Part shown: positions 13,020 through 24,535 of the stretch, in pieces
Layout: every line of letters starts with the position of its first letter
Position numbering within the stretch: the stretch's first letter is position 1
NCBI RefSeq assembly: GCF_001194135.2
Contig: NC_068987.1
Coordinates: forward strand, 27,969,118 to 28,001,492
Source: Octopus bimaculoides
Taxonomy: Eukaryota
Direction: 5' to 3'
Length of the DNA stretch: 32,375 bases
Notes under the pieces: model-generated
The model's input: the letters and a program-made list of their open reading frames with translations, nothing else
Databases searched by the model: none
Told to the model about the DNA's origin: nothing
Translations under genes and position numbers: made by a program

Positions 13020-14215
13020 TACTTATTGCAGCTCTGGGTGCCTTGGGTATGTGCTGTGGTTTGTTGTGGTGCTCTTAATTTTACTGTATTGAAAGTGTTT
13101 TATGTAGGATGTGTGTGGTGCCTATTAGTGCTATTTATTGTAAGTCCCTGTGTTTTTGTTAAATATAGGTGCAGGAGTGGCTGTGTGGTAAGTAGCTTGC
13201 TTACCAACCACATGGTTCCGGTTTCAGTCCCACTGCGTGGCACCTTGGGCAAGTGCCTTCTACTATAGCCTCGGGCCGACCAAAGCCTTGTGAGTGGATT
13301 TGGTAGACAGAAACTGAAAAAAGCCCGTCGTATATATGTGTATATATATATGTATGTGTGCATGTATATGTTTGTGTGTCTGTGTTTGTCCCCACAACAT
13401 CGCTTGACAACTGATGCTGGTGTGTTTACATCCCCGTAACTTAGCGGTTCGGCAAAAGAGACCGATAGAATAAGTACAAGGCTTCCAAAGAATGAGTCCT
13501 GGGGTCGATTTGCTCAACTAAAGGTGGTGCTACAGCATGGCCACAGTCAAATGACTGAAACAAGTAAAAGAGTAAAAGAGTAAATTTGTCTGAATGTTTT
13601 TTTTATCATAACTAATGCTTCTGTTTTTAGGCTCCACATTCGAGTTACCTCTATTTCCAGATCATTGTATTTTCAAATTTCTCCATTTCTTTTAGAGAAA
13701 TATTGTCATCTGTTGGTATTGATACATCAATTAGAAAGCAGTTTTTTCTTGGTGATCTCTAACAACTATTTCCAGCTTATTGGCTTTAATTTCTCTGTGT
13801 GTATTGGTATATCCCAGAGTATGGTTGCTTTCTCATTTTCTGTGATCTTTTCTGGCATGTGCCTATACCATCTTTTTTCTGTTGCTATTCCATAGTGTTG
13901 GCATAGCTTCCAGTGTTTATAGGTCCCAACTCTGTTGTGTCTGTGGATATATCCCTTCTTAGCCAGGACTGGGCAGCCAGAGACAATATGATTTATTGTT
14001 TCTTCTCCATTACCACATGTTCTACAGTTACTTGTATTTCTTTCATTAGGTGTTTTTGGTGATTTCTGGTGGGAAGGCTTTGATCTTGTTCTACATTTAA
14101 AAATCCTTCAGTCTCTGCTTTGTGCCCTGAGTTTCTCAGCTATCATTGGGATTTTGCTTTGTCTATTTTTTAATTTTTTTTCTGTTTAGTTTAACCCATT
14201 ATTTGCTGCCATCAT
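13020..14215 (-). mobile_element. 5'-truncated R4/Dong-like non-LTR retrotransposon (CCHC zinc knuckle plus restriction-like endonuclease), interrupted by a SINE at 13168-13580
   Basis: Minus strand reads KAETEGF..EQDQSLPTRNHQKHLMKRNTSNCRTCGNGEETINHIVSGCPVLAKKGYIHRHNRVG (CCHC at 13970-14026), then ATILWDIPIHT, LIDVSIPTDDNISLKEMEK, DLEIEVTRMWSL. It resumes beyond the SINE as YLTKTQGL...IALIGTTHILHKTLSIQ* (stop at 13081-13083). Confidence 0.85.
13168..13580 (+). mobile_element. Near full-length tRNA-derived CORE-type SINE (octopus-type)
   Basis: Has a Pol III A-box-like tggctgtgtgg and B-box-like gtttcagtccc. The central part is gcaccttgggcaagtg...gagtggatttggtagacagaaactgaaa, followed by an internal (TA/TG)n tract and the tail ...atgactgaaacaagtaaaagagtaaaagag. 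Homologous copies occur elsewhere in the window. Confidence 0.85.
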
Positions 14216-15019
14216 TCTAGTGCAGTTTCCTTTCTATGGACATCAGAGCAAAAGCTATGAACTGGTATGCCTACAGAGTATAATTTCATGACTCTTAATA
14301 AAAGTAGCTCTTGTGGCCAAGACTTGAAATCCTTTAAATGCTAAAAATCTTATCTATCACAGATTTAACATTCCTTATTAGTTGAGCACATGTGCAGAGA
14401 CAGTTTGAATTCAACATTTTCTTTCCTTGTATATGTTATGGTATATGATGTATTTAAGAATGAAGTTACAACAATAGTACAGGTTTCATATTTGAACTGC
14501 TAAAATTGAAATGACTGTGACAAGCATGCTTCACTTTTGTTGAATATTATTCATGTAACCTCTGTTTGAGTAAATAATCTTATATGGCTAATGCTGTTGT
14601 TATTTTTGTCTCTTAGTTCAGTTATTCACCAAATAATTTGCTAGATATCATAATATATAATGTAATAACAACTATTATTTTCACATACAATATGCTACTT
14701 TATTTTTCCAGAATTGAATCATTCTACATCATCTGACATTGATGCTATTTTTCTGTTCTGTTGCTGGTTTCCATCATTGGACTATAGCTCTATTGAGGTA
14801 CTACTTTGATTAAAAATATGGGACACTTCACAAATTTATATGACACCATTGACTAACAGTCATGCTAATCTTTTCTGTGTCTTACCAATTTTAAAACATG
14901 TACTACAGAAGTTACATATATGAACTGAAAATATATCTAAATTATAGTTCAAATGTAAATATGATTTTTTGGATCTAAAACCTCACCTGAAGTCCAGAAA
15001 ATCAATGACGACACTCAAC

Positions 15020-16420
15020 TAAGCCTAGTCCCCAGGGTGGATGCAACCAATGAGCGTGAGCTACAAAAGAAATCTATGACAAAGACACTGACATCAATAT
15101 CCAACATTTGTGAGATATGGAATGATATTCCATATGTCATAGATATGGAATGACAATGCTTCCTACATGTGTGGAATGGTAAAATATCATGTTCATGAGT
15201 TTACCAGTTATACAAAGGTTCACACATCCTGGAGTCAACTGGATTAGATTAGAAGAAACAACTACAGATGAAAACTACAAATTGTGGTACAGTAGAGATA
15301 GTCCGCAATACTAAAATGGAAGGGGATTCATCACCAACAAGAACAAAGAAAACTCAGTTACTTGTTGACTGTCAGTATGCAGCAAACTTGTTGCATTACA
15401 TATTGTTGCATAACTGCAGTATATTGCCATTATACAAGTTTATTCTCCATTATTCGAATATGATAATGTAGATAGAATTTCAAGATGACCTACAGAAAAA
15501 CCATCGCAACAGTTCCGAAGAAAGATGTCAGCATTATTGAAAATGGGCACACACAGTGGGGCATTTACTATTAGAGAAACAAATGATTGTGGACTGTGAC
15601 TTTTAAGCAGACACAAGCCTTTCCAAAGCAACATGAGCCAATTCATTGATCTCAAGACATAACAAAGAATGACATAGCATGCTCTTAATGGCAAGACTAA
15701 TAACAAGATTGACTTCATCATTAAATATGACAAGTTTAAGTCCAATATAAGATAGAGAGACTATGGCGTGATACTGATGATACTCAAGTTCTGGTTAAGA
15801 ATTATCAATAAGCAAAGAACTCTATGTATAAGGTACGATGTAGACAAATTAAATAATTCAGAGATTCCAGTAATATCTGAGATCAATATTGGTGGCAGGT
15901 TTGCTACCCTCCACTTACAAAAAGATATTAACTCTGACTGACAACAGCATGCACCTTGAGAAACAGCTATAGATGTGGTAGGAAAAGCAAAAAAAAAAAA
16001 AAATCTGGATCACTAATATCCTGAACTAATGCAAAACAAAATGAAACTGAAGTAAATCAATAATAGAGCATTGTAAATAAGTTCAGAGAAAGAATGAAAG
16101 AAAATAAGGAGCAGCAGAAGGCAGACCAACGTAGTAAGATGAAATCTGTGATAAAAGATGATAGGTCTGCTTTTGAAACCTGTTGAGGACAAAAAAGAAA
16201 AGGTCTCTTCTTACTGATGAGACTGTTTGTATAAAATGATGGTCAGATTATTGCAAGAACTTTAGAGCAATGAAGTCAGTTAGGACACTGCCATCTTGAA
16301 TAATGTTTTCAGTAATAACAGAGAACTTGCAAATGCTTCATTACACCAGGAGGAATCTTAAGAGATATTAGGCATATACAGAGAAGGAAAATCACAAAAT
16401 ACTAAAATCACCCAAGCAAA
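15020..16420 (+). mobile_element. Decayed RTE-clade LINE, AP-endonuclease domain and linker
   Basis: Frameshifted fragments: DENYKLWYS (15268-15294), IIQVYSP (15429-15449), FQDDLQKTIATVPKKD, RETNDCGL, NKIDFII (15702-15722), IGGRFATL and ETAIDVVGK. These follow the motif order of RTE ORFs. Confidence 0.75.
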
Positions 16421-18585
16421 GTACCTGAAACATGATACTATACAATAGCTGAGCCCAAGATACTATATGCTAGCTGAGCCTGAAACCATGTAATCATGAT
16501 ACAAATTTAATCACAAAGCCATAGATATTCCCTTCCACCCAACCATGCCTGTGCACTAACCACACAGCCATACTTTAAATTCAAAACACATGTCCGTACC
16601 ACAAGCTAGGTCAGATTAAATTTTGAGCAAATAAATGAGGTAAGATGCACATTCAGGTCAATTTACAAATGAAAATGAATGCTGAATATGTACTGTAAAA
16701 TTCATCTTATGTTGTGTGATATTTGTTTTGTTTTCCAAATGCATATAACAGTTTCCTCTCCCTTTTTTTTTGTTTATTGTTTTTAAAACCAGTCAGTGAC
16801 ACACACTTTCTGATCATATCACAGGAACAGGAAATGTTCTTGGATATTTTCTACTGATAAAGCATACATAAAGCAATTTTAAAGATCTTCACACAAGAAT
16901 ATTTTCCTATAACAATATCTTTTTTTATGCATGTACTTATGATTTTTTTTCTTCTAACAACACATATTTTTGTTTTATATTTATTCCTTTATCTTATCTA
17001 TATGTTAGTATAAGTGAATAGAACTGAATGACTACGTATATGCATATGTTGTAAGATACACTATGCATAAATCTCCATCACTTTACAGATGAAGATGCAT
17101 CTATTGTAAGATGAAATCTGACAACTCTCAAAGAAAGCTAATTTTATTGAAATATGCTTTTTATGACTGCAAACTATGTTAGATAGAAAAATGCTAAAAC
17201 AGTAAAGTAAACAACATTCAATAAAAGCACAGAATCTCTGTTAGTCTTTCATTGTAATGAGTTACATTCTGTGAGTACCATTATTGAAGAACATGTGAAA
17301 CTCGTACATTCATGATATTAGTGGTAAATGATGCCTTTTCAAGTATTTCAGCACCAGCTATATAGATATTTAATAAAATCCATCTTCTATATACATATAT
17401 ATCTATATGTGAATGTATGAATTATATACTGTAGACGAGGAGTTATTTTTGTAAACCAAAAGAAAAGAGCACACTTGCATATTAGATAATAGAGTAGGTA
17501 TATTATTTATAGAGTATTATAACTTTAGCCCCATAACAGGCTATTGAATGGTTTCATACAAAATAATCCTCTGTACAATGGCAGAATAATTAGGTACTTG
17601 TCAGACATGGCTGAGTGGAAATGTATAACTTGGGCTCTTTTGTATTTGAGGTTTGAAAAGAACAGATACGATCAACAATTTACAGAGTTGTTGCAAAAAT
17701 AGTGGAACACAAAACACAAAGGCTTGCATTTGTCTGTAATTTTTATTTCATATTTTCCTGTTCTTTTCCCCTGCAATTCTGTGACTCATTGACTGAATGG
17801 TATCTTTTCAAACCTCCAGTACAAAAGAGCGAATCCTTTACATTTTGCATCAACCATGTCTGATGAGTGTTTAATAATTCTTTCATAGTAGGGAAGATTT
17901 TTTTGTACAAAACCACTCAATAATATTAGCTGTTATGAGGTTAAATAGTTTATAAAATATATGTATAGTAATTTTTAAAAAAGTATACCTAACAAGGGGA
18001 ATGAATGTATCACTAGAAGTTTTGACAAATAGCAATTACATTTAGAGATAACTCTTATATTAGTTTGCCTCCTTAATTGCAATAACTAATATTGGGTTTG
18101 TATTAAATGGCTGCTCCTTGTTTTAAACACTCACAAATCCTTATGTGTATACATAGAGAAAGGAATTTCTTTACAAAAAGACTAAAATTCATGATAACAA
18201 GGTTTCTGACAGCAATAAGCACTAAGATAACAGCATTCATCTGAAAATGGGAAACCCATGATCCACCTATGCACTACATAAATAAAACCTTTAACTGCAC
18301 TTTTCACAATAATCTTCAACCAAAACTGTGAGATAATCCTTTTGCAAAACATGTTCTTCAACTACATTGCTATCAAAGATAGCCCTTCAGTCTTGAGTTA
18401 TGGCTTTATATTCTTTCTAATCCACTAACACAAAGGCCTCTTTTTGTCTGTTTCCACTAGATGCATCACCACTATCAAATTAACTTGATACACAGCTTTC
18501 CTCCTTTTCCTGCTTGAATGTGTCACGCCCTTACCAGATACTTAACCTTATCATGGAATACTATTCTATAGGAAGTATAATTTGA

Positions 18586-19015
18586 ATCATCATCATCATC
18601 ATCGTTTAACGTCCGCTTTCCATGCTAGCATGGGTTGGACGATTTGACTGAGGACTGGTGAAACCGGATGGCAACACCAGGCTCCAGTCTGATTTGGCAG
18701 AGTTTCTACAGCTGGATGCCCTTCCTAACGCCAACCACTCAGAGAGTGTAGTGGGTGCTTTTACGTGTCACCCGCACGAAAACGGCCTCGCTCGAAATGG
18801 TGTCTTTTATGTGCCACCCGCACAAGCCAGTCCAGGGTCACTGGCAACGATCTCGCTCGAAAATCCTACAGGAGCCAGTCAGGCGGTACTGGCAACGGCC
18901 ACGCTCAAAATGGTGCATCTCATGTGCCACCCACACAAGAACCAGTCCAGGGGCACTGGCAACGATCTTACTTGGCTTGCCGGGTCTTCTCACGCACAGC
19001 ACATTTCCAAAGGAA
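18586..19015 (-). mobile_element. Young (GAT)n-tailed retroposon (SINE or LINE 3' end), longest copy, with an internal ~113-bp duplication
   Basis: GC-rich island. The first ~137 nt after the (CAT)n tract are identical by eye to 7431-7567. The internal unit acggcc..gctc.aaatggtg...atgtgccaccc.cacaag..ccagtccaggg..actggcaacgatct occurs twice. Confidence 0.8.
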
Positions 19016-19159
19016 CCCCATAAAGATGTTTCAGCACTGCAGTGCCCAAAAGTTTGTGAAGGCCATAAGACACAGACACTTACACTGTTGAAAATCTATT
19101 ATTATGCAGGGTAACAAAACTTTTATTTTGTCTTTGGTTAGTAAGTGTTATTTCTTATT

Positions 19160-19480
19160 TGCTTCTATCTAGGAAGCAAAGGAAATGACTACTATTCCCT
19201 TCAAACTTTGCTTTTGTGACCTGGGCATCAATGTTTTGAAACTGACATATTTACCATTACATTTCAGACAGATTCAGTATTGAGTAGCTGAAGGAGTAAT
19301 ATTGTTGGAGCAAATGTTTTGCTCAATACCACAGATTTGCTTGTCAGTCACTTGATCTTAGCCACTTGATCATGTCCCTAAGTAGCTGACATTACATATG
19401 CATTTCTGATCATGAGCAAGAGTAGTAGGGGGACATCATAGCCATATGTTGCAAGGGATTCTTTAGGGTTTCAATAAATG
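19160..19480. repeat. Old interspersed repeat of octopus type (unclassified, SINE-associated)
   Basis: Recognised from memory only: the segment taccacagatttgcttgtcagt...gcatttctgatcatgagcaagagtagtagggggacatcatagcc resembles a widespread octopus repeat. No second copy occurs in the window. Confidence 0.35.
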
Positions 19481-20462
19481 TAATAAAAGCAAAGTTTAAA
19501 GGAAATATTAGCCGTTTTCCATACTTTCTAGGGAAAAGTAAATAGAAAATAACAGTTTCTAACCTAAGGGCAAAAATCGTGTTACATAGTGTAATCATAA
19601 TAAAATTGCATGAGCATCAGAAAAATGTCATTTGTATTCATATGAATAATTTCTAATATGTCTGTATTGGCTCAAAACCCTAAAAATGAAGCCATGCACC
19701 TTCACACTAGTCAAGTATTGAAGATAATTTATCAACTATTCTCTCTCTTGAAATTTGTGACCGTTATAACAAGTCACTTATTATAATCACTTGGGAGATA
19801 GATGGCAAAATCTGAAGAATTATGGACAAAATGTCTTGCAGAATGGAATTATGTCCCTTTACAGTTTCCATTCCAGCATTTTGCTATATTCGTCTGGTAA
19901 GGGTCCATAAAAACAATAATAGCCAAGTACTAGATACAATATATTACACTATACCCTCTCCTAAAATTTTGTGGCATTGTGCATTATATAGGAAATCATT
20001 TTATTACTAGAAATCTGGAGTAGCAGTTACTTTCCAACAAATTGGATGTTAGTTTAATTTCAGATCTAATTAGAATAGGCCTTAATGCTTAAAAGGATGA
20101 ATATTATAACTACATTTTTTTTGTCTCTTAGTTTTGAATATGTATGCTCATTTCATTTGTTTGTTCACATTTACAGCAATTTTTACATGCAAGTGTGAGT
20201 TAATGAATATATTACCTGAGCAATATTTAACAGTTAAATGTTCTACCTGTTACAACTAACCTTTAAATTATTTGCAAGTAATCAATCTCATATCTCACAC
20301 ATCTTTAATTGGTGCAAAGTGAGCTTGTTGATGATTTGTTGACAGAAGTAAAAACATGACCATTCATAGCTAGAGACTTTTATAGAATGCAAATATCAAC
20401 AGGAATAACCATGGCCATAGATATACAAATATCAATATATAAGTACCTACATGTGTATGTAT

Positions 20463-20498
<36 letters not shown>

Positions 20499-20514
20499 GC
20501 ATGTACCAGTCTGT

Positions 20515-20652
20515 TATGTGGTTGGCATTAGGAAGGGCATCCAACCATAAAATCCATGCTAAAACAGACAGTAAAGTCTGGTGCAGTCCTCTGCTTTGCC
20601 AGTTCCTGTTAAACCATCTGACCAGCATAGAAAATGGCTGTTAAATGATGAT
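20515..20652 (+). mobile_element. Older diverged relative of the (GAT)n-tailed retroposon
   Basis: gtggttggcattaggaagggcatccaaccataaaa...accagcatagaaaatggctgttaaatgatgat. Confidence 0.6.
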
Positions 20653-20852
20653 AGACACTAAAATGATAATAATGTGTGTTTATGTCAAGAATTTTTAATC
20701 TTCGAGAGAACATGAAATAATTTGTTTTTAACAGTAAATATTGAAGTAGATAAAGTTAGAAATAATAACATGTAAATATTTGGTGTTTAAACCAAATTTA
20801 TAAGCTATTATTTATAACTTTATCTGCTTCGAGTTCTATAGTTAAGAGCGAA

Positions 20853-20853
<1 letters not shown>

Positions 20854-20920
<67 letters not shown>
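20854..20920. repeat. (TG)n microsatellite
   Basis: Perfect TG run directly visible. Confidence 0.95.
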
Positions 20921-20923
<3 letters not shown>

Positions 20924-21313
20924 CGTGCGTGTAGCAAGAAGTTTGCTTCCCAGTAACATGGTTCTAGGCTGAGTGCTACTCAGTGGCATCTTCAGCAAGT
21001 GTTCTATACTACATAACTCCAGGCCAACAAAAGCCTTGCATGTGGATTTGGTAGATAGAAAGTGAAAGAAGTCCATAATATATATACATATATGTATATG
21101 TCTGTGTGTGTCTTTGTGTTTGTTCCCCACCCCTGCTTGACAAGTGGTGTGGCTTTCTTATATCCTTGTAACTAAGCTGTTCAACAAAAATCAATGATAG
21201 AATAGGTACCAGGCTTAAAAAGAGATAAATAGGGGAGTTGATTTATTCAGCTAAACCCTCACATTAGTGTCCCAGCATGGTTGTAGTCCAATGACTGAAA
21301 CAACTAAAAGATA
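20921..21313 (+). mobile_element. tRNA/CORE-type SINE, diverged copy
   Basis: Similar to 13168-13580: aagccttgcatgtggatttggtagatagaaagtgaaagaag ... ccagcatggttgtagtccaatgactgaaacaactaaaaga. Confidence 0.75.
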
Positions 21314-21342
21314 ATGTGTGCATATACACATATATATGTATA

Positions 21343-21379
<37 letters not shown>

Positions 21380-21464
21380 TTGTATGTATTCACACAAACA
21401 CACACGCCTATATATATATATGTACACAACATATTTCTTTCTTTCACTTACACACTTTAAATTC

Positions 21465-21570
21465 ACTCACCGGGCTTTGGTCCCTAGAAGACACTTAAGG
21501 TGCCCCATAGTGAGACTGAACTTGAAACTCTCTGGTTGACCAGCAAACTTCTTAACCACACAGCCAATTA
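21465..21570 (-). mobile_element. SINE 5' head fragment (same family)
   Basis: The reverse complement of ...gaagacacttaaggtgccccatagtgagactgaac...cttcttaaccacacagcc matches the SINE head. Confidence 0.65.
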
Positions 21571-23911
21571 AAAATCATTATTTCAATGATATGAAATTCA
21601 CTTGTGAGAATTTTAAAACATGCGCAGACAATTAAATACCTGAACAAGCCAAGTTCAGTTTTAAAATGAATGCTTTCTTTTTGTTATTTGGAGAAGTTGG
21701 TTTTATAGACTATGCTGACTCACATAACTTTATTCGATGTACATGCAACAGAAAACAATCTAAGTTATTTCTATTTGGTTGATAATTTACTTCAGTTTCA
21801 CATGATTAAATGATGTGGTGATTTCTAGTGAATATGAATATGCTATTACATTTAGCAGCTTTCACAGTGCTTCTCAGCCAGGAAATTTCTGTTAAAATCC
21901 CAGCTCTAAGAGGGGGAGATGAATATTGATCTAAGAAAGTTGTAGATAGGTTAGCATTCAATTGTTAGTTCTGAGCTAACAGCTACTTTAAATACATTCA
22001 TACTGTTTATTCAAATAGATTTTATGGCAAATGTTTTCAATTTTAAGAAGTAAATTGTTCAAATGAAATATTTATGTAGCTGCAAATGGAATATTTTGGA
22101 TAAGAGAGAATAACTTCACTAAAAACAATGCTGATAATGGAAAATGACTAAGACAGAAATGGAGGAGTAGGTTGAAAGAAGGTGCATGCTAAGTTTGTTG
22201 TGTTTGGTGATAATGGTAACAGTGTTATTGATTGTTGTTAAAGGATGTTACTATTATTGTTTGTGATAGTGGTATTTCTCAAGAAACTGATGTGGCTATA
22301 TGATAATATGTTAACAGTGTTTTGATTAGAAACAGTGATACATCCATTTGTGATACAATATCTATGCTTATGAGTAGTGAGAGAAATGATATTGTTACTG
22401 CCAGAAGCAGTAATTTACTAGAATTATGTGGTATCAAATCATATTTGTAGTGGTCAACAATTCGAAGGTGCTGAGCTTGATGAATGCTTTTGACTTCTCT
22501 TTTGATAGTAAAAGCTTGCAAAGAATTTTAAATTTAGCAGGGTTTTTTTAAAACTCAGTGTTAGCCACTAAATCAGCTAACCACTGACCTAGATTCTTTT
22601 TTTAAATGATGTGTGGAGATCTCATAAATGTTATTGTTCATTAAACATTCAAGTCTCCTTCCACATCAAGTTTATTGCTTTAAAGATCCAATGAACTGTA
22701 AGATTCAATTCACGAAACATGAGAGATTTTCTCCCAAAAGTTCAGCATTTGATTCTAACAGCTGGAAGATACAACTTCAATGACAATGGATTACCCTTCA
22801 GAGATTCCTAATGAACATGTTTGTTAAAGAATGTAAAAGTAATAGCCATGAGATGACTGTAGAGTATGAGAGCCTTTGAAGTATACATGTACAAACACAA
22901 ATGTATATATATCAGTGTGGGTGCATACACATGTATATGTATGTGTGTGTAAATACACATGATAATAACAGAAGGTATAAATAAAATTCAGGTGTTCACC
23001 TGAATTTTATGCAAGAACTTGATTAGCAAAGTGTTCATATAGCAGTTTAAAAACTACACATTTTCACAATCTACAGAATGATTGGTCACACTTTGGACAA
23101 TTATTATACCACTTTGCAAAGCCAATGAATTTACATCAAATAGTTATGCTATAATTTTCTTAGTGGGAATAATAAGAATTTATAACTGAGGAAAATGAAA
23201 TCAAATTAATGTTGCATATGTTCTTGTAAACAACAGCCATTTACTTCATAAATTACTGCAAAAATTATGTCATTTTATGAAACAGAGATCAACACGTTAT
23301 ATATTTTAATACACTATCAACTTAAGAAATGAACTCACAAATGTGAGGAACATTATAATCATTTCTGGAACATGTCTAACAAGCAGGTAGATAGAGAATA
23401 TGTTTATAGTAATTTATCTAAATGTCTCTTTAGTATACTATCCACCTACAAAGGACTTAAAGCAATTCATCAAAATGATATATTCTGTGCGGTCCAAAGC
23501 ATCTTCATCACAGCAACAATTTAAGATGATCTTTTTGATATTTCATTGCCACATCAGAGAAATCAATAGACAAAATTAATAAAGATAAATATAAAAACAA
23601 TATAAAAGTCTAAAAAGATAAGTACATACATATACATAAAATGCTAGATGATGACATACACATAAAAAAGTATAACGTGGCACACTTAACCCCAACACTG
23701 TATATATGTATGTATTAGTTTAAAGCTCGGGATGTGAAATTCTATATATATACATGTATATAAAATTAAAACAATAGGGTAAAAAATTGGATATTAATTA
23801 ATATCAATTTAATACCAGGGAACCAGCACATTAAAAGAATCAAGGAGATTCAGAAAAAATATCTGAGATCTCAAAGGATTATTGTATACGTATATATAAA
23901 TATATATAAGT

Positions 23912-24104
23912 NNNNNNNNNNNNNNNNNNNNNNNNNNNNNNNNNNNNNNNNNNNNNNNNNNNNNNNNNNNNNNNNNNNNNNNNNNNNNNNNNNNNNNNNN
24001 NNNNNNNNNNNNNNNNNNNNNNNNNNNNNNNNNNNNNNNNNNNNNNNNNNNNNNNNNNNNNNNNNNNNNNNNNNNNNNNNNNNNNNNNNNNNNNNNNNNN
24101 NNNN
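23912..24104. other. Assembly gap (193 N)
   Basis: Run of N. Confidence 0.99.
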
Positions 24105-24500
24105 TGTATGTATGTGAGATAATAGGTTCAGTATTAATAGTGAATGTATTAAACTGAAAGTATTATCTCACATTACAATAGACATGTTATTGTTTCACTT
24201 TTGACATGTAATACTGAAATAATATAAGTGATAAAAGATTGTTCTGGGCTCGCATTATGCAAGAAAGTGAAAATTCTTTTGATCCATGACACAGCATGTA
24301 CCCTAAGTAATGCATGTGTTAAATTTGAATGAAATCTGTTGGGTAGTTCTTGAGTCTTAGTGATGCACATAGAGACACACTGACAGACACACACATATTC
24401 ACATTCTCAGTTTGATATATATATAAGCCCTACTATTAGACTATGAGCATATATCACATACATACACATAGATACATATACACACTCATTCATATGTGAG

Positions 24501-24535
<35 letters not shown>

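Noticed and set aside
17091-17107. Possible 17-nt micro-exon (ctttacag|ATGAAGATGCATCTATT|gtaaga)
   Set aside because: The splice signals are good, but the segment is too short to support without transcript data and such matches are frequent in AT-rich DNA.
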